From contig CAZJUF010000001.1 of assembly GCA_964549055.1 (NCBI GenBank), forward strand, positions 6,765 to 40,076: a DNA stretch of 33,312 bases, given 5' to 3'. Position numbers and translations under genes: made by a program. Positions within the stretch are counted from its first letter, which is position 1. Each line of letters begins with the position of its first letter. The DNA is from an uncultured Hyphomicrobiales bacterium. Its GTDB lineage: Bacteria > Pseudomonadota > Alphaproteobacteria > Rhizobiales > JAJFHR01. The notes under the pieces were generated by a model. That model saw only the letters and a program-made list of their open reading frames with translations. It searched no databases and was not told the DNA's origin. Below are positions 17,711-25,210 of the stretch, piece by piece.

Positions 17711-17726
17711 CCACGGCTACCGCAGG
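17711..17726 (-). promoter_or_regulatory. ops-like element (candidate NusG-paralog recruitment/pause site) in the operon leader
   Basis: The minus-strand (sense) sequence is 5'-CCTGCGGTAGCCGTGG-3'. It contains GCGGTAGC, an exact 8-mer of the E. coli ops GGCGGTAGCGTG, and the trailing CGTG is displaced by one C. It lies about 150 nt upstream of the first biosynthetic gene and about 110 nt downstream of the NusG-like gene. A GGAAAA-gtggt-TTTTCC hairpin follows directly. Confidence 0.4.
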
Positions 17727-17834
17727 GGGAGGTGAACGATCATCTTCCCGGTACGAAGCATTCAGACTAGAGTGTTCAGAAGCTGAATGTCAATATCATT
17801 ATTCAGATCGCCAGCCGCATCTTAGGGCCGCACT

Positions 17835-18329
17835 TCAGGCTTCGACCACTTTTTTTGACGACATACGAACGCGCACTTTTCTACCCAGAATTTCCATCAG
17901 CGTCCAAATTCGGTCCTTTTCATCGATCTTGATAATCTGGCCAATTGCATCATGAAATGCGGTGCCATAACACCGGATTTTCTGACCCGGACTGAAACGC
18001 TCATGAGGTGCGGGAGCTTCCAGTTTACCGGCATTTTCCAGCGATTTTAAATCGGCAACAAATGCATCGGGCACAGGACTGAGGCGGTCTGAAAACATCA
18101 CGACAGCACGCACACCGCGAGAATAAACAATCGGACGCCACTGGTCGCAAGCCGGATCAATGCTGACAAACAGATAACCGGGGAAAAATGGCCGTAATAC
18201 CGTTGTGGTTTTGCGGGCATGGCGCCGCGTTGTCACAACCCTGGGGCAATAGCATTCAAATCCCTGACGCTCAATATTGGCAACAGCCAAATCCTCGGCG
18301 TTGGCGTGAGTGTTAACGGCTATCCACAT
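17835..18329 (-). CDS. NusG-family paralog (RfaH/UpxY-like operon-specific antiterminator)
   Basis: 164 aa. MWIAVNTHANAEDLAVANIERQGFECYCPRV...RPFFPGYLFVSIDP... is an NGN-domain pattern, and the C-terminal KOW-like region is GQKIRCYGTAFHDAIGQIIKIDEKDRIWTLMEILGRKVRV. AGGAG lies upstream of ATG 18329. Confidence 0.8.
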   Translation of the reverse strand: MWIAVNTHANAEDLAVANIERQGFECYCPRVVTTRRHARKTTTVLRPFFPGYLFVSIDPACDQWRPIVYSRGVRAVVMFSDRLSPVPDAFVADLKSLENAGKLEAPAPHERFSPGQKIRCYGTAFHDAIGQIIKIDEKDRIWTLMEILGRKVRVRMSSKKVVEA

Positions 18330-18343
18330 GACTTCGATGGCTC

Positions 18344-18958
18344 CTAGATAAATGCCGGGATCAGCGCTTGGGAATGATGCAGGTTGAGTTTTGTCAAAAG
18401 CGCTTCAAGATCACATTTTTCAGGCAGCTTGATGTCCGGACCTGTGCCTACTATGGCATCCACACGCCCGCCCGGAACGCAGGCCAAAACATCTTCAGCT
18501 GTTGATTTCACCGGCAAACCGGCGCAGGTATTGTTTTTGGCAGCGGCATCAAATACGCAATGGGCGGTGACATTATCAATTCGTGACAACACCAGCATGG
18601 CCAATTCGGCAAGTTCACTGTCGCCAACCAGAATAATGTTCTTCCAGTCATTGGCGAGGCAAAGGTTGAACAATGCCTCATATTGCTGACGCCCCACTCG
18701 AAAAATATCGAATGAAGTGCTCAGATAATCAGCTGTTAGCCGGGATTTTTCCGTAAAGCCTTCAGGCGTGAGGTAATAAAGATAGCGTTTGACGGGCACC
18801 TGACTAAGTTTAACCAGCCCCTTTTTGACGCAACGTTTGAGATGCCAGTTGATGGTGCCTACCGAAACACTGAGAACTTCGGAAAGCTTGCGCTGGGAAA
18901 CTCCGGGATCCCTTTCAATCTCAACCAGCAACTCTCGCACTATTCGTTCTTCAGACAT
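18344..18958 (-). CDS. MarR-type winged-helix regulator of the EPS-associated class, with a C-terminal Rossmann-like extension
   Basis: The sequence ...EERIVRELLVEIERDPGVSQRKLSEVLSVSVGTINWHLKRCVKKGLVKLSQVPVKRYLYYLTPEGFTEKSRL matches my memory of EPS-associated MarR regulators. The ORF track starts at GTG 18961; ATG 18958 is preferred. Confidence 0.75.
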   Translation of the reverse strand: MSEERIVRELLVEIERDPGVSQRKLSEVLSVSVGTINWHLKRCVKKGLVKLSQVPVKRYLYYLTPEGFTEKSRLTADYLSTSFDIFRVGRQQYEALFNLCLANDWKNIILVGDSELAELAMLVLSRIDNVTAHCVFDAAAKNNTCAGLPVKSTAEDVLACVPGGRVDAIVGTGPDIKLPEKCDLEALLTKLNLHHSQALIPAFI

Positions 18959-18980
18959 CACACTTCACTATAATTTTTAC

Positions 18981-18997
18981 TGTTCATAAAATGAACA
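18981..18997. promoter_or_regulatory. Perfect 7-3-7 palindrome TGTTCAT-AAA-ATGAACA, a candidate operator
   Basis: It lies 23 nt upstream of the MarR-type regulator start. It is nested inside a second inverted repeat, TCACTAT (18965-18971) / ATAGTGA (19004-19010). A TTGACT hexamer (sense strand, 19033-19028) lies just upstream. Confidence 0.4.
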
Positions 18998-19111
18998 TGA
19001 GGAATAGTGATATCTTCAGCACTGCAAAGTCAAGGCTTTTCAACAAAAGAGGGTTGCGTTGTGACCCGCCGTTTCTTCGGTCGGTTTCATCCAAATCAGA
19101 TGGAATTCACC

Positions 19112-20158
19112 TCATATTACCGCGCCTAGAACGTCGGTGATGCGGCGACCGGCATTGCCGTCACCATAAAGCTCAGTTGCAGGCACCTGGCCTGTTGCAG
19201 CCCAATTAACCGCATCGGCAATCTTAAGGGGGTCAGCCCCGGTCAGGCGATTAACGCCGGTTTCAACAAGCTCGGTCCACTCAGTCTCATCGCGCAACGT
19301 GACACAGCGTTTGCCGAGGAAATAAGCCTCTTTTTGCAGGCCACCAGAATCCGTCAACACAAAGGATGCCCCGCTTACCATAGCGATCATCTCCAGATAT
19401 GATACCGGCTCACAGAATTCAACATTTTGTGGCGCTTCCAGGCCATGGGTGACAAGAGCGTTACGCGTGCGCGGATGGATGGGCCATCTTACCGGCAACT
19501 CAGCTGTGGCAATGCCGCGAAGAATTCCAGCCAACCGGGCCGGGTCATCGGTGTTTTCGGCTCTGTGAACTGTCAAGACGGCGTAGGGTTTTTTATTCTC
19601 ATTTATAATCCGGTTGCGATAATAAAGCACAGCATCATACATAACATCGCCGACCATATGGACACCGCTGGTAATGCCTTCACGCGCCAGATTATCTGTG
19701 GCCGCCACGGATGGTACGAACAAAAGCGTTGAAACATGGTCGGTCAAAACACGATTGATTTCTTCGGGCATCCGCCGGTTATAACTTCTCAATCCGGCTT
19801 CCACATGGGCAATCGGGATATTGAGCTTTGCGGCGGCCAGCGCACCGGCCAAAGTGGAGTTGGTATCGCCATAGACCAGCACCAGATCGGGTTTGCGCGC
19901 GTCGATTTCACGCTCGCACAACTCCAGCATACGCCCGGTTGCCTGACCATGCTTGCCCCCGGCGATCTCGAGATTGACCGCAGGCTTTGGTATATCCAGT
20001 TCGTCGAAGAATACATCGCTCATATTGGCGTCATAATGCTGGCCGGTGTGGATGATGTCCTCGGTGATGGCACCGTCATCCAGGTTGGCAATCGCGCGGC
20101 TGACTACAGCACATTTGATAAATTGGGGACGCGCTCCAACAAAGCTTACTATTTTCAT
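19112..20158 (-). CDS. wecB: Non-hydrolysing UDP-N-acetylhexosamine 2-epimerase (WecB/WbpI family)
   Basis: 348 aa. MKIVSFVGARPQFIKCAVVSRAI...HTGQHYDANMSDVFFDELDIP...VLVYGDTNSTLAGALAAAKLNIPIAHVEAGLRSYNRRMPEEINRVLTDH is the classic family signature. In this context it is probably the WbpI-type step acting on UDP-GlcNAc3NAcA. Confidence 0.85.
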   Translation of the reverse strand: MKIVSFVGARPQFIKCAVVSRAIANLDDGAITEDIIHTGQHYDANMSDVFFDELDIPKPAVNLEIAGGKHGQATGRMLELCEREIDARKPDLVLVYGDTNSTLAGALAAAKLNIPIAHVEAGLRSYNRRMPEEINRVLTDHVSTLLFVPSVAATDNLAREGITSGVHMVGDVMYDAVLYYRNRIINENKKPYAVLTVHRAENTDDPARLAGILRGIATAELPVRWPIHPRTRNALVTHGLEAPQNVEFCEPVSYLEMIAMVSGASFVLTDSGGLQKEAYFLGKRCVTLRDETEWTELVETGVNRLTGADPLKIADAVNWAATGQVPATELYGDGNAGRRITDVLGAVI

Positions 20159-20332
20159 ACAACCTCATGATTTCCGGGTCAGGGCCCAGGCTTGCTATGG
20201 CGGCAAATTGTCGAATTGTCAAATATACTGCTGGCATTTTGGCGCTGGTTAAAAGTTTTAAGTGATTAATCCCCGGCCTCGCATCGTGTCTTAGGATGCA
20301 ATTTTTCTGATTGCAGTAGCGAGAGCAAAGTA

Positions 20333-21403
20333 ATGAACGATACCCCCAACCTGAAGATGCCGAGCATCGAAGCAGCCCAGGCGCAAAAACACGTCACCCA
20401 CAACGAGGCCTTGCGGGTTCTCGATGCCATTGTACAACTCAGTGTCAACGACCGTGACCTGACAGCCGCACCTTTATCACCTGTTGATGGTGCCCGCTAT
20501 ATTGTTGCAGCTGCCGCCACCGGTACATGGGCTGGCAAAGATCAACAGATTGCCGCCTGGCAGGACAACGCATGGAGCTATTATGTGCCGCAAGAAGGCT
20601 GGTTGGCCTGGGTGGCGGACGAGGACAAATTGCTGGCATGGGATGGCACAGTGTGGAGTGAAGTTTCCAGTGGCGGTGGTGGTGGCTCTGCAAATCTGAA
20701 CCCGGCTGATGGCGGGTTGATCGGCATAAATGCAACCGCCAGTACGACCAACCGATTGTCGGTATCTTCACCTGCCACGCTGTTTAATCACGAAGGAAAT
20801 GGCCACCAGCAGAAGATAAACAAGAACACGACTGGCGATACCGCCAGCCAGCTTTATCAAAGTGGCTTTTCAGGGCGCGCCGAGATCGGCCTTACCGGAG
20901 ATGATGATTTTCATTTTAAAGTAAGCCCTGATGGCACCAGTTGGTATGAGGCCATTAATATTGACCGCAACAACGGCATGTCATCGCTATTGATCCCGGC
21001 GGTGCAGGTGGCAAAGTCCTCGGCGCAATCCATCGCCAATAGCACGACGACGACCTTAACCTGGGACACAGAGAACTTGGACACTGATGCCATGCACGAT
21101 AATGCGATCAATAATTCAAGGCTGACCGCCAGAAAGGCCGGGAAATATGTTGTTTTCATGAACATTGTCTTTGCGGCCAACAACAGCGGTGTCAGGCAAC
21201 TTATCATTCGAAAAAACGGTACATTCACTTTGTGGACACACATTTACCCGAATGCAGGAGCGGGGGAAGATCAGACATTTACCGCAACAATCGTGGACCT
21301 TGCCGCTAATGAATATATTGAAGGACAAGTGTGGCACAACGGCGGAAGCAGCCTTGATGTCACCATTATCAGCCTCATGACCATGTACAAAGCCGGAGCT
21401 TAA
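20333..21403 (+). CDS. DUF2793-domain tail-fibre-like protein with Gly linker and C1q/TNF-like C-terminal domain
   Basis: 356 aa. The N-terminus ...MPSIEAAQAQKHVTHNEALRVLDAIVQLSV...GARYIV...WAGKDQQIAAWQDNAWSYYVPQEGWLAWV... is the DUF2793 pattern. It is followed by a GGGGG linker and a conserved middle part (...NRLSVSSPATLFNHEGNGHQQKINKN...SGRAEIGLTGDDDFHFKVSPDGTSW...). The last ~130 aa (...AGKYVVFMNIVFAANNSGVRQLIIRKNG...ANEYIEGQVWHNGGSSLDV...) match the C1q jelly-roll pattern. Confidence 0.75.
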   Translation: MNDTPNLKMPSIEAAQAQKHVTHNEALRVLDAIVQLSVNDRDLTAAPLSPVDGARYIVAAAATGTWAGKDQQIAAWQDNAWSYYVPQEGWLAWVADEDKLLAWDGTVWSEVSSGGGGGSANLNPADGGLIGINATASTTNRLSVSSPATLFNHEGNGHQQKINKNTTGDTASQLYQSGFSGRAEIGLTGDDDFHFKVSPDGTSWYEAINIDRNNGMSSLLIPAVQVAKSSAQSIANSTTTTLTWDTENLDTDAMHDNAINNSRLTARKAGKYVVFMNIVFAANNSGVRQLIIRKNGTFTLWTHIYPNAGAGEDQTFTATIVDLAANEYIEGQVWHNGGSSLDVTIISLMTMYKAGA

Positions 21404-21407
21404 AATA

Positions 21408-21878
21408 ATGAATATCGCTGAAGCTATCCAATATCTATATCCAGATGCGCGACCATTGATTGACTTTGAAGTCACGGATGAAAGTGACGGCAAGGGGCCG
21501 CATATAAGTAAATGGAACATTTTGCTTAAAAACGGCAAAAAAGCACCAATGCCAGGCTTGGACGAACTGACGGCGGCATATGCCGCTTCGCAACTGCCAA
21601 CGGAAAAAGATTTTCGCACTGAAGCGCAACGACGCATTCTTTCGGTTTTTCCGGACTGGAAACAACGCAATAACCTGTCGCGCATGCTGGAACTCTACCG
21701 CAAGGGTGAGGCCAATTGGTCAACCGGTGAACGGGCTGAGGTTGCGATTATTGATGCAAACTGGAGCTGGCTCAAATCGGTACGGGAAATGTCTGACGAG
21801 CTAACACTTAAATCACCGATTGATTTTACCCAAGACAGGCACTGGCCTGCCCGACCAAAGTCAAATGCATCGGTATGA
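21408..21878 (+). CDS. Phage-like protein with XkdW-like N-terminal domain (possible fibre accessory/assembly protein)
   Basis: 156 aa, starting 5 nt after the fibre gene stop. The N-terminus AIQYLYPDARPLIDFEVTDESDGKGPHISKWNILL...PMPGLDEL follows the XkdW pattern (YP.A...DF.L.DDG.G..I..WN....P.P....L). In PBSX, xkdW likewise sits just after the fibre gene xkdV (from memory). Confidence 0.45.
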   Translation: MNIAEAIQYLYPDARPLIDFEVTDESDGKGPHISKWNILLKNGKKAPMPGLDELTAAYAASQLPTEKDFRTEAQRRILSVFPDWKQRNNLSRMLELYRKGEANWSTGERAEVAIIDANWSWLKSVREMSDELTLKSPIDFTQDRHWPARPKSNASV

Positions 21879-21897
21879 GTAAAACAGGTTCAACGGG

Positions 21898-23118
21898 TTA
21901 AAATGATTGCAGAATATCGCTGGTTTGCCGGGCTCTATGAGCATAGGTATGGTTTTCCATGACCAGCTGATGGGCCTGATCGACAATTTTTTGCCAGTGG
22001 GATTTGTCCTTAAGTTTTTCCACCACTTCTGAAATATTGGAAAAATCAGGTTCCAGTGAGATGTAATGTTCGTCCGCCGTCAGAATATCATTATACCGTC
22101 CGGGAAACATAACCTGACAGGTTCGCGTGCCGATGGCATCGAAATTGCGCGATGATATTGCTTTTGAATATACCGGGCATTTCTTTGCGGTTTTGAAAAA
22201 ACGCTGATGGATATCGTCAAAATCAAGTTTTTCATCTTCAAAAACGCCATATTTGATCGGGCCTTTTTTGATCGCATAAATCAGCGGAGACTTTACAACC
22301 GCAGGCAAATAGCGAACCAGGCGGCGCAGTCTGCTTTTTTCACCGATCACCAGACCCCCGCGCTTTTGTGTGGCATAGGTGTGGATCTGTTTTACCAGAT
22401 CATCATCAGGCGACAGGTACCAGCTGCCGGTTTCAGTGGAAAGGACAGCCTTGCAACTGCCAAGGAACCCTCCCCATTTTTCCGGCGTAAACCGATGGGT
22501 TGTACTGATGTCATGCGACAGGCCAAGATCGGGACAATGTTCAATAAAATAATCTATTATGCGATTGCGATCATCATCTCCCAGATGGGGTGGATAGCGA
22601 TAGCTGCGCATGCCAATGTCGATGGACCGGTCTTCATAAGGTGTTTTGGCGTTAAATGCATCGGGATTGAGGGCATGGGGAATGGACACAATTTTTGCAT
22701 CACACCTTTGGTAAACATACCGACCGGCTTCTTCAAGCAACTGGGTTGCAATAACATCTGTGCGGATGTTTTTCAGCATCTCGATCTTATTCGACAATGG
22801 TTGATAAGGTGAGTTAAATTCATTGCCCACAAAGGCTAAAAGTATCGGGCGCTTGCGGTCCATCAAAACAGATTTCAATGGTGCAAGATAATCAAGCGTG
22901 TCGCCGGTTGCACTGTGCAACAATATTATCAGATCGAACTCTTCAATGCAGTTTGACAGATCAGCCGGTTCAATCTTCATCAGATTTAAAACCTGACATT
23001 TGAATAAGCTGGAGTTTGCGTAGGCATTTACCCAATCATTATAATATGACGCCCGGTGATCATATTGCAGGGTGAGAATAAGGGTACGAATTTGACTGCT
23101 GTGGTCAACGTCTCCCAT
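21898..23118 (-). CDS. CgeB-like / Glyco_trans_1_2-type glycosyltransferase (low G+C)
   Basis: 406 aa. The C-terminal half (...SSRNFDAIGTRTCQVMFPGRYNDILTADEHYISLEPDFSNISEVVEKLKD...MENHTYAHRARQ) resembles CgeB-family GT-B proteins. It is convergent with the fibre cassette; only 19 bp separate the stops. Confidence 0.55.
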   Translation of the reverse strand: MGDVDHSSQIRTLILTLQYDHRASYYNDWVNAYANSSLFKCQVLNLMKIEPADLSNCIEEFDLIILLHSATGDTLDYLAPLKSVLMDRKRPILLAFVGNEFNSPYQPLSNKIEMLKNIRTDVIATQLLEEAGRYVYQRCDAKIVSIPHALNPDAFNAKTPYEDRSIDIGMRSYRYPPHLGDDDRNRIIDYFIEHCPDLGLSHDISTTHRFTPEKWGGFLGSCKAVLSTETGSWYLSPDDDLVKQIHTYATQKRGGLVIGEKSRLRRLVRYLPAVVKSPLIYAIKKGPIKYGVFEDEKLDFDDIHQRFFKTAKKCPVYSKAISSRNFDAIGTRTCQVMFPGRYNDILTADEHYISLEPDFSNISEVVEKLKDKSHWQKIVDQAHQLVMENHTYAHRARQTSDILQSF

Positions 23119-23448
23119 CGTCGAAAATATCCTTGTTATTGGCGAAGCTGTCTTTTGGCCAGCATTATAAGTGCTAAATCTACCCGACTTTCAACAAGCT
23201 TTTCTCTCCTGATGTTGATTGGTGGGGGGAATTGATTATGAAACAACATGATGAGCAAAATGCTCTCTTGGCTCAAGTCACGGTTTGTCCCCTTTTATTC
23301 GACGACAGACAGGTTTGATTGTGCTTGTAACCTGTGTGCTTGCTTTTGGGGGAGTTGCCATCTATGGACGCCCCATTCAAGAGGCACATCTATCTATCAT
23401 TGTTCAGAAAGTTGGCGCAGTTCGTGCCTGGTTGATCTCGTTCAGAAA

Positions 23449-23465
23449 ATGAACATTTTAACAAA
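23449..23465. promoter_or_regulatory. Second copy of the TGTTCAT-AAA-ATGAACA motif (cGTTCAgAAAATGAACA, 15 of 17 identical)
   Basis: It is located in the 518-bp divergent intergenic region between the CgeB-like GT gene and the wbpB-like operon. A left half-site copy, TGTTCAGAAA, also occurs at 23401-23410. Confidence 0.3.
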
Positions 23466-23569
23466 TTCCAAGAATATTTTCTTAGACTGCGCCTCTGTAA
23501 TTTGATACAACCCGCTAACATTTATTTCTGGTTGTATAATCAGTATCTTGAAAAGCGCTCGCGGTCTTC

Positions 23570-23600
23570 TTGAAACAAATCGCCAAAATGAATTTATAGT
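23570..23600 (+). promoter_or_regulatory. Candidate sigma-70-type promoter for the plus-strand wbpB-D-E-A operon
   Basis: TTGAAA (23570-23575), then a 17-nt spacer, then TTTATA (23593-23598, overlapping TATAGT at 23595-23600). It lies about 37 nt upstream of ATG 23637. An alternative perfect TATAAT sits at 23535-23540 without a good -35. Confidence 0.25.
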
Positions 23601-23636
23601 GCGCATTTTTCACACCGGAATACATGGTAAAACCAC

Positions 23637-24629
23637 ATGAATGATCGTCATAAAATATCACTTGCCGTCATCGGCTGCGGCCACTGGGGAAAAAACCTGG
23701 TGCGCAATTTTCACACACTCGGCGCGCTCGCAGCATTTTCTGATCCCGATCCCGAGGTGTGCAAACGCATGCAAGAAGTCTGTGGTGTTCCTGCCAGGAG
23801 CGTCGATGATATTCTGGCCGATGACAACATAGACGCCGTTGTTATCGCCGTGCCTGCGGAGCTCCACCACCAACTGGCAATGAAATCTCTTGATGCGGAT
23901 AAGCACGTTTTTGTTGAAAAGCCGATTACTCTTACACTGGAAGATGCACAAGAGCTTTGCGACAGGGCGGACAAGCTAAACAAGACCCTGATGGTTGGTC
24001 ACCTCCTGCAATATCATCCAGCTTTCCTTAAACTGAAGGACATGGTTAGAAGCGGTCAGATCGGTAAAATCCGCTATCTTTATTCGCGCCGCCTCAACAT
24101 CGGCAAGCTTCGTGTCCATGAAAATGTACTGTGGAGTTTCGCTCCCCATGATATTTCCATGATCCTTGCACTGGCGGGTCACGAGCCCGACCAGATCCAC
24201 GGTTTTGCAGGTAATTTCCTGCAAAGCTCGATCAGCGATTTTGCCACTGTTCAAATGGAGTTTCCCGATGGCATCAAGGCGCACATCGAGGTGTCATGGC
24301 TCAACCCGTTCAAGGAACAGCGTCTCGTTGTTGTCGGCGACGAGGGCATGATCGAGTTCGATGATCAGGCGGACTGGCCAGAAAAACTGAAACTCTATAA
24401 TCATCGGGCCGAAATCAAGGACGGGTTGCCGGTGCTGGAGACAGCTGAGGCCAGGGCGATCGAGGTCGAACCGGGTGAGCCATTGTTAAACGAGTGTGAG
24501 CATTTTCTCAAATTCATTCAGACAGGTGAAAAACCTTATACTGATGGTCGTGAAGCAATGGCGGTTCTGCGCGTATTGCGCGCCGGTGATGCGTCACGTG
24601 AGGGTTGGAAAGGGGGCCCCGTCGAATGA
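23637..24629 (+). CDS. wbpB: Gfo/Idh/MocA oxidoreductase, WbpB/WlbA-like (UDP-GlcNAcA 3-dehydrogenase)
   Basis: 330 aa. Rossmann N-terminus [19 protein letters not shown], then ...[20 protein letters not shown].... The gene order oxidoreductase, acetyltransferase, aminotransferase matches wlbA-wlbB-wlbC. ATGA overlap with the next gene at 24626-24629. Confidence 0.7.
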   Translation: MNDRHKISLAVIGCGHWGKNLVRNFHTLGALAAFSDPDPEVCKRMQEVCGVPARSVDDILADDNIDAVVIAVPAELHHQLAMKSLDADKHVFVEKPITLTLEDAQELCDRADKLNKTLMVGHLLQYHPAFLKLKDMVRSGQIGKIRYLYSRRLNIGKLRVHENVLWSFAPHDISMILALAGHEPDQIHGFAGNFLQSSISDFATVQMEFPDGIKAHIEVSWLNPFKEQRLVVVGDEGMIEFDDQADWPEKLKLYNHRAEIKDGLPVLETAEARAIEVEPGEPLLNECEHFLKFIQTGEKPYTDGREAMAVLRVLRAGDASREGWKGGPVE

Positions 24630-25210
24630 ACGAAAAAACCAGTTATAAAGCCCATGAAAGTGCTTACGTTGATGATGGTTGCAAGATCGGCGATGGCACG
24701 AAGATCTGGCATTTCAGCCATATTCTGTCTGGCACTACCATTGGAGAGAACTGTTCATTTGGCCAAAATGTCATGGTTGGGCCTGATGTTTCCATCGGCG
24801 ATAATTGCAAAATCCAGAACAATGTCAGTATCTATAAAGGTGTGACCTTGGAACAAGGTGTGTTCTGCGGACCGTCTTGTGTGTTCACCAATGTGTTGAC
24901 GCCGCGTTCAGAAGTAGAGCGCAAGGATGAGTTCGCCTCCACTTTGGTAAAACAAGGGGTGACCATCGGTGCCAATGCCACCATCGTTTGTGGGCATACG
25001 CTCGGGCGTTATTGCACTGTTGGCGCAGGAGCCGTGATTACGAAAGATGTACCCGACCATGCTTTGATGGTTGGAGTGCCGGCCCGGCGCGTTGGTTGGG
25101 TTAGTCGCAGTGGTGATTTAATGAAAGACGACCTTGTCTGCCCCCGCACCAACGAGCGATATCGCGAAACGGAAACGGGGTTAGTGCTGATTGAGGATGA
25201 AAAAGTATGA
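24626..25210 (+). CDS. wbpD: Left-handed beta-helix N-acetyltransferase, WbpD/WlbB-like
   Basis: The start was trimmed to ATG 24626 ([97 protein letters not shown]...). The hexapeptide repeats and overall pattern are typical of WlbB/WbpD. Confidence 0.85.
   Translation: MNEKTSYKAHESAYVDDGCKIGDGTKIWHFSHILSGTTIGENCSFGQNVMVGPDVSIGDNCKIQNNVSIYKGVTLEQGVFCGPSCVFTNVLTPRSEVERKDEFASTLVKQGVTIGANATIVCGHTLGRYCTVGAGAVITKDVPDHALMVGVPARRVGWVSRSGDLMKDDLVCPRTNERYRETETGLVLIEDEKV

Noticed and set aside
17759-17789. 7-bp inverted repeat CATTCAG/CTGAATG with a 17-nt loop just downstream of the NusG-like gene, considered as a terminator
   Set aside because: It has no U-tract on the sense strand, a long loop and a weak stem. 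It does not support termination between the NusG paralog gene and the leader.
20249-20270. Cluster of three TTAA tetramers upstream of the fibre gene, considered as a CtrA box (TTAA-N7-TTAA)
   Set aside because: The spacings are 5, 4 and 13 nt, not 7, so the canonical CtrA site is not present. It may simply be AT-rich promoter DNA.
20672-20686. GGC GGT GGT GGT GGC repeat in the fibre gene, considered as a contingency repeat
   Set aside because: It is an in-frame trinucleotide run of only a few units that encodes a Gly5 linker between domains, so it is a structural linker rather than a switch.
23248-23505. 85-aa Cys-rich ORF in the large intergenic region
   Set aside because: It has no SD sequence and an implausible composition (many Cys/Trp/Ser), and it overlaps the operator-like motifs. 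It is more likely non-coding regulatory DNA.
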